In this document: one piece after another, positions 23,682 to 28,016 of the stretch
Numbering within the stretch: position 1 is the stretch's first letter
Layout of the letters: every line of letters starts with the position of its first letter
Origin: Octopus sinensis
Lineage: Eukaryota
Length of the DNA: 28,016 nt
Assembly (NCBI RefSeq): GCF_006345805.1
Contig: NW_021827532.1
Span: forward strand, 1-28,016
Direction of reading: 5' to 3'
Translations under genes and position numbers: made by a program
The notes under the pieces: generated by a model
The model's database searches: none
Seen by the model: only the letters and a program-made list of their open reading frames with translations
Told to the model about the DNA's origin: nothing

Positions 23682-26371
23682 GTAAGTTCGTTCAGTTTCT
23701 TGATACTATTTTCCGAAAGCAATAATTGATGCTGATATATAAGCTCACAAATGTATAAAATTTCAGACTGAACCAAACAAAATCAATTCGAATTTGTAGA
23801 ATGAACATGATTTAGTAAGATACAAAGAGAATATGAGAGAGCGTGACAATGTGAAAGAAAGAGAGAGAAAGTGAAATAATAGGAAAAAATAATGTTCCTT
23901 TATTGTAGTTGCTTTGTTTCAATTCGCATCTCAATAACTCATTTTTGTTCCCCAAATTTCAATGATTCTGATATGAATTTGTATTAGAAATGGTAACGTT
24001 TGTGAGTTTACATGTTTGCATCAAATATTTTTATCTGAAGTATATGTGTATGTTCATATATAAGTGTAGTTCTGTGGGAAATGTGACTATATTATTCCTT
24101 TATTTTATATTTTGCATCCTCCTCCATTTCTTATTTCAATATTCTCCTTCGTGTTTCGATATTATCATTGAACTTCTAATTTTGTCATTCACTTCATGTT
24201 ATTTACGTAATAGAGCAACTGAAGTGGAAGCGGAAAATATATATTCGAATAATATAGTCACATACATTCTATCTGTAAACCTGATGATAATACTACTGTA
24301 CTTGTAAGCTGGAATATTCGCCTGATACAATTAAACTGCTGATATATTCTTGTAAGCGTGTGTTTTCTAATATTCTTGTGACAATGAAGCGATATGAAAT
24401 AAATAATCTCTCTCACCAAATTTCCACAAGGGTGAGTGGGAATGTGTGATGTGAGTGTGCATACCGCATTCCGTCGTTGATACTATGAATATAAGAATGC
24501 GAATGAGTGCGTTTGAATATGTTGATTTCTGATTCCGTATATTCCCTGATTTTTCAGCAATGTCTTCTCGCTCAAAATTTATCGATCTATCCTTGAATTA
24601 TTTCCTGATATCTTAAGAACAATTTCAGTTTCGACTTCAACACATTCATTTTCAATATAACTTCTTTCTTTTCTTCTTCTTCTTCTTCTTCTTCTTCTTC
24701 TTCTTCTTCTTCTACTCCTCTACTTCTTTTTCCTTTCTTCTTCTTCGTCTTCGTCTTTTTTCTTCTTCTTCTTCTTCTTCGTCGTCGTCGTCGTCGTCTT
24801 CTTTTTCTTCTTCTTCGTCTTCGTCTTCTTCTTCTTCCTCCGCCTCACCTCCTGCTCATCATCCTCCTCCTTCTTTTTCTTCTCTTCTTCTTAATTTTCT
24901 TGTTCTTCTCCTTCTTCTTTTAAACTATTCTTCTTCTTCTCCTCCTCCACCTCCTCCTCTTTCTTTTCTTCTAATTTTATTCTCTTCTTCTTCTTCACTA
25001 CATTTACTTCTTGTAATTCACTCCTCTCCACCACCCCACCCCAACCTTTTTCTTCTTGTAATTCTCGTCCACCTCCACCCCTCTCACCTCTTGCTCCTTT
25101 TTCTCTTCTTCTTCTAATTCTATTCTTATTCTCCTTCTTCTCCTTCTTAGTACTTCTTCTTATCTACTTCTGTTCCCCGTCTTCCTCCATCTTTTCCTTT
25201 TCTTCTCTCTTTCTACCACTTCTTTTTTCTCGTCTTCTACTTCTTGTACACTTTATACTTCTTCATATTCTTCTTCTCCTCTCCTTTTCTCTTCTTCTAC
25301 CCCTTCATCCTCCCCTCTTTCTTCTTCTTCGTCGTCTTCTTTTATTCTTCTTTTTCTTCTTTTTCTACTTCTACTTCTACTTCTCTTCCTCCTCCTCCTC
25401 CTTCTCCTTCTTCTTCTTCTTCTTTTACTTCTCCTCCTCACCTTCCTCCTTATTTTTCTTTTTCTTCAACTTCTCTTTCTTCTACTTCATTTTCTTCTAC
25501 TTCTTCTTATTCTACTTTCTATTTCTTCATCTACTTCTCCTCTTCCGTCTCTTTTTTCTTCATATTTTCATTTTGTTATTCTCCTCCTCCTTCTTCTTCA
25601 TTTTTTTTCTTTTTCTCTAACTTCTTCTTCTTCATCATCCTCCTCCACCTCTTGCTTCCTCTTCCTTCTTCTCTTACTACTACTGCTTCCTGTTCTTCTT
25701 CTTCCTTTACCTCTACACCTCCTTTTTCTTCTTCTGCTTCTTCTTCTTCTTCTTCTTCTCCTCCTCCTCCTTCTTCTCGTAATTCTTCCTTTCCCCTCCC
25801 CCTCCTTATCCTCTTTCTTCTTTTTGTTTTTCTTCCTCTCCTACTTCTTCTTTCTTCTACTTCTCCTCCTTCTCCTCCTCTTTCTTCTTCTTTTCATCTT
25901 CTTTTTTGTAAATCTCCCCCTCCTTCTCTTCTTCCTCCTCCTTCTTCATCGCCTTCTTCTTCTTCTTTTTCCTCTTCTTCTCCTTTTTCTTCTCTTTTAC
26001 CTATTCTTCTTCGTCCCCTCACCCTCCTCCTCTTTTTAATAATTTACATCTTTTCGTCTACTCTACCCTCTGCTCCTCCTCCTATTTCCCCCATTCCTCC
26101 TTGTTCTACTCCGTCCTCAGCCTTTTTCCTCTCCTTCGTTCCTCCTCCTCCAACTCCTCCTTCTTCTACTTCTTCTCCCCCTCCACTTCCTCCTTGTCTT
26201 CTCCGTTTCCCCTTCCCCTCCTCCCCTTCTTCTTCTCCTCAATCTCTTTCCTGTTCCTCTTCTTCTCGTATTATTTTCCTGTAATTTTGTCCCCTTTCAT
26301 AAAGAATAATATTGAATATGTTATCGCAATTCACACTATGTCAATCTAACCAATATTGTTTCCTGCTTCAG

Positions 26372-26443
26372 ATATCTTTCTTACAATAAAATTTCAAGAA
26401 TTGAAAAAGAGATGTTTCAAGGCCTTCACAACTTAGAGAAATT
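26372..26443 (+). CDS. LRR exon C3 (72 nt): (L)YLSYNKISRIEKEMFQGLHNLEK(L)
   Basis: Same splice sites as C1; one silent difference, TCC>TCT. Confidence 0.93.
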
Positions 26444-28016
26444 GTAAGTTCTTTTAATGTTGTCGTTTATACATGAGGAATATACTATGTCTTTAAATTT
26501 AATATCCCCTTATTTCCATGTTTTCTCACTCTCTATTACTGTAAATCATATTCAGTTCTCATATTCGTGTCATATTTATTTGATTGAGTCTGAACATGTC
26601 AATGACTGTCAGTTGATAATTGTCTGCACATTAAAAATGTATTCCTGAAATATTATGTGTATGTTCATATGTATGTATGTATCTGCACTATTAATATAAG
26701 TTTTAGCTACTGTTTTCTTACACATTGTTCTCTTGATTCTGTGGTGCCGTGTGGTTATTTATCCATACTTCCACCAAAATAAATTGTTGTTATTGTTGTA
26801 GTTTTCGTTCTTCTTCTTGTAATTCTCCTTGTTCTTCTTCTTCTCCTTCTCCTTCTCCTCCTTTTCCTTTTCTTCTTCTTCTTCTTCTTCACATCCTCCT
26901 CCTCCTCCTTCCCCTTCTATTTCTTTTTCCTTTTCTTCTTTCTCTGCTTCTTCTTCTTTTTCTCCTCCTCCTCCTTCTTTTCTTCTTCTTCTTCTTCTTT
27001 TTCTCCTTCTTCTTCTTTTTCTCCTTCTGCTCCTCCTTCTTCTTTTTCTCCTCCTCCTCATTCTTCTTCTTCTTCTTCTCCTTCTTCGTCTCCTCCTCCT
27101 CCTCCTCCTCCTTCTTCTCCTTCTTCTTCTTCTTCTTCTTATTCTTCGTCTCTTCTACCTCCTTCTTCTTCTTCTTCTTCTTCTTCTTCTTTTTCTTCTT
27201 CGTGTTCTTCTTCTTGTTCCTCTTCTTCCCTTACTCGTTATATTTCCATATAAATTCTTTCTTCACATAATGAACATTATTCCATATTTCGTCGCAATTA
27301 CATACGATGTGAAACTAAGCAAGTTCTTTCCTGCTTCATATTCTTCTGAACGATGGACATTTTTTCGCATTCCTTAATATCTCGACGAAGCAACTAATGG
27401 ACTCTATTCATGATATATCCTTGAATGTGTCTGAGACATGAAACGACTGGGAATTATTTATCCGCATTGTCGAGATTAATTTCTTCTTCTTTTCCTTCTT
27501 CTTCTTCTCCTTCTTTTCTTCTTCTTCTTTTTCTTCTTCTTTCTTTTTTTCTTCTTCCTCCTCTTCTTCTTCTTTCTTTTTTTTCTTCTTCCTCTTCTTT
27601 TTCTTCTTCTTCTTCTTCTTTTTCTTCTTCCCTTCTTTTTCTTCTTCTTCTTCTTTCTTTTTTCTTCTTCTCCTTCTTCTTCTTCTTTTTCTTCTCCTCT
27701 TTCTTGTTCTTGTTCTTCTTCTTGTTCTTCTTCTTCTATATTAGCACTGAGGACATCCTCAATAAAATGAGTATTTTTGGTCACTCCAAGTTCTTCACAT
27801 GTTGTGTAGTGGACACTAAGGACTTGATTCCCTCTACCCATCTATTGACATCGATTTTGCTGGAGTATAATGTAATGAGATTGTCTGTGAAATGTGAAGT
27901 GAGGTCAACACGCGTGATCCGTGTCTCGTTCTTAGACTATATATTCTACCCCGCCAGATCACAGATTCTTAGACCACCCACCATCACTTCAGCAGTAAAT
28001 AAATGCACCACTGAGC

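Larger units (their letters stand above)
15990..26830 (+). repeat. Tandem segmental duplication, about 3 units of 3-4 kb, each carrying exons A and C
   Basis: Anchor CTTCTCTGTACTTTCTGCT at 16281, 19279 and 23237. Unique intron blocks recur at high identity (16909-17880 / 19753-20720 / 23682-24660; 18631-19020 / 22591-22980 / 26444-26820). Confidence 0.95.
15988..27737 (+). repeat. Multiple long TTC/TCC cryptic-simple polypyrimidine tracts (about 15988-16760, 17900-18440, 19000-19600, 20735-22410, 22965-23530, 24660-26275, 26810-27230, 27480-27737)
   Basis: Read directly. Includes a perfect (TTC)18 at 19478-19531. Pyrimidines are always on the gene sense strand. Confidence 0.97.
12458..28016 (+). 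other. 5' portion of a secreted or membrane LRR-protein gene (LGR/Slit-like exon architecture), continuing beyond the window
   Basis: The spliced exons give about 208 aa: signal peptide, LRRNT and 6 x 24-aa LRR. One LRR per 72-nt phase-2 exon is the known architecture of LGR/glycoprotein-hormone-receptor and Slit genes; vertebrate TLR LRRs are mostly in one large exon. No LRRCT, TM segment or stop codon is seen, so the family cannot be assigned. Confidence 0.8.

Noticed and set aside
16837-26443. Regularly recurring conserved 72-bp blocks as a CRISPR-like array
   Set aside because: Eukaryotic context; the blocks are spliceable coding exons and the spacers are homologous introns.
15785-27841. 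Poly-S/F/L (+) and poly-R/K/E (-) ORFs up to 364 aa
   Set aside because: Translations of TTC/TCC tracts, which lack stop codons; they lie within introns defined by the LRR exons.

Overview
AT-rich eukaryotic genomic DNA. Its SINE families and TA/CA/TTC microsatellite load point to an octopus-type cephalopod; this is inferred from remembered repeat consensus sequences, not from a database search. Almost all ORFs in the supplied track are translations of microsatellites. Real content: (1) 1-7.6 kb: microsatellites, a large inverted repeat (about 1025-1475 vs 3665-4170), SINE fragments and a local duplication. (2) 7.6-12.1 kb: nested dead transposons, namely a hAT (Buster/SPIN-like) transposase split by an 811-bp solo LTR, an L1/Tx1-like ORF1 remnant, an R4/Dong-like endonuclease fragment and hAT-like termini. 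(3) From 12.46 kb: the 5' part of a + strand leucine-rich-repeat gene. It has a signal peptide + LRRNT exon and six 72-nt phase-2 LRR exons that alternate between two types (A,C,A,C,A,C). These arose by tandem duplication of a 3-4 kb intron-exon unit embedded in long TTC-rich tracts. Intron 1 holds SINEs, a perfect 44-bp-arm hairpin and a Penelope RT remnant. The gene is not completed in the window. The most interesting object is the recently expanded LRR exon array, whose amino-acid changes between A copies all fall on concave-face positions.
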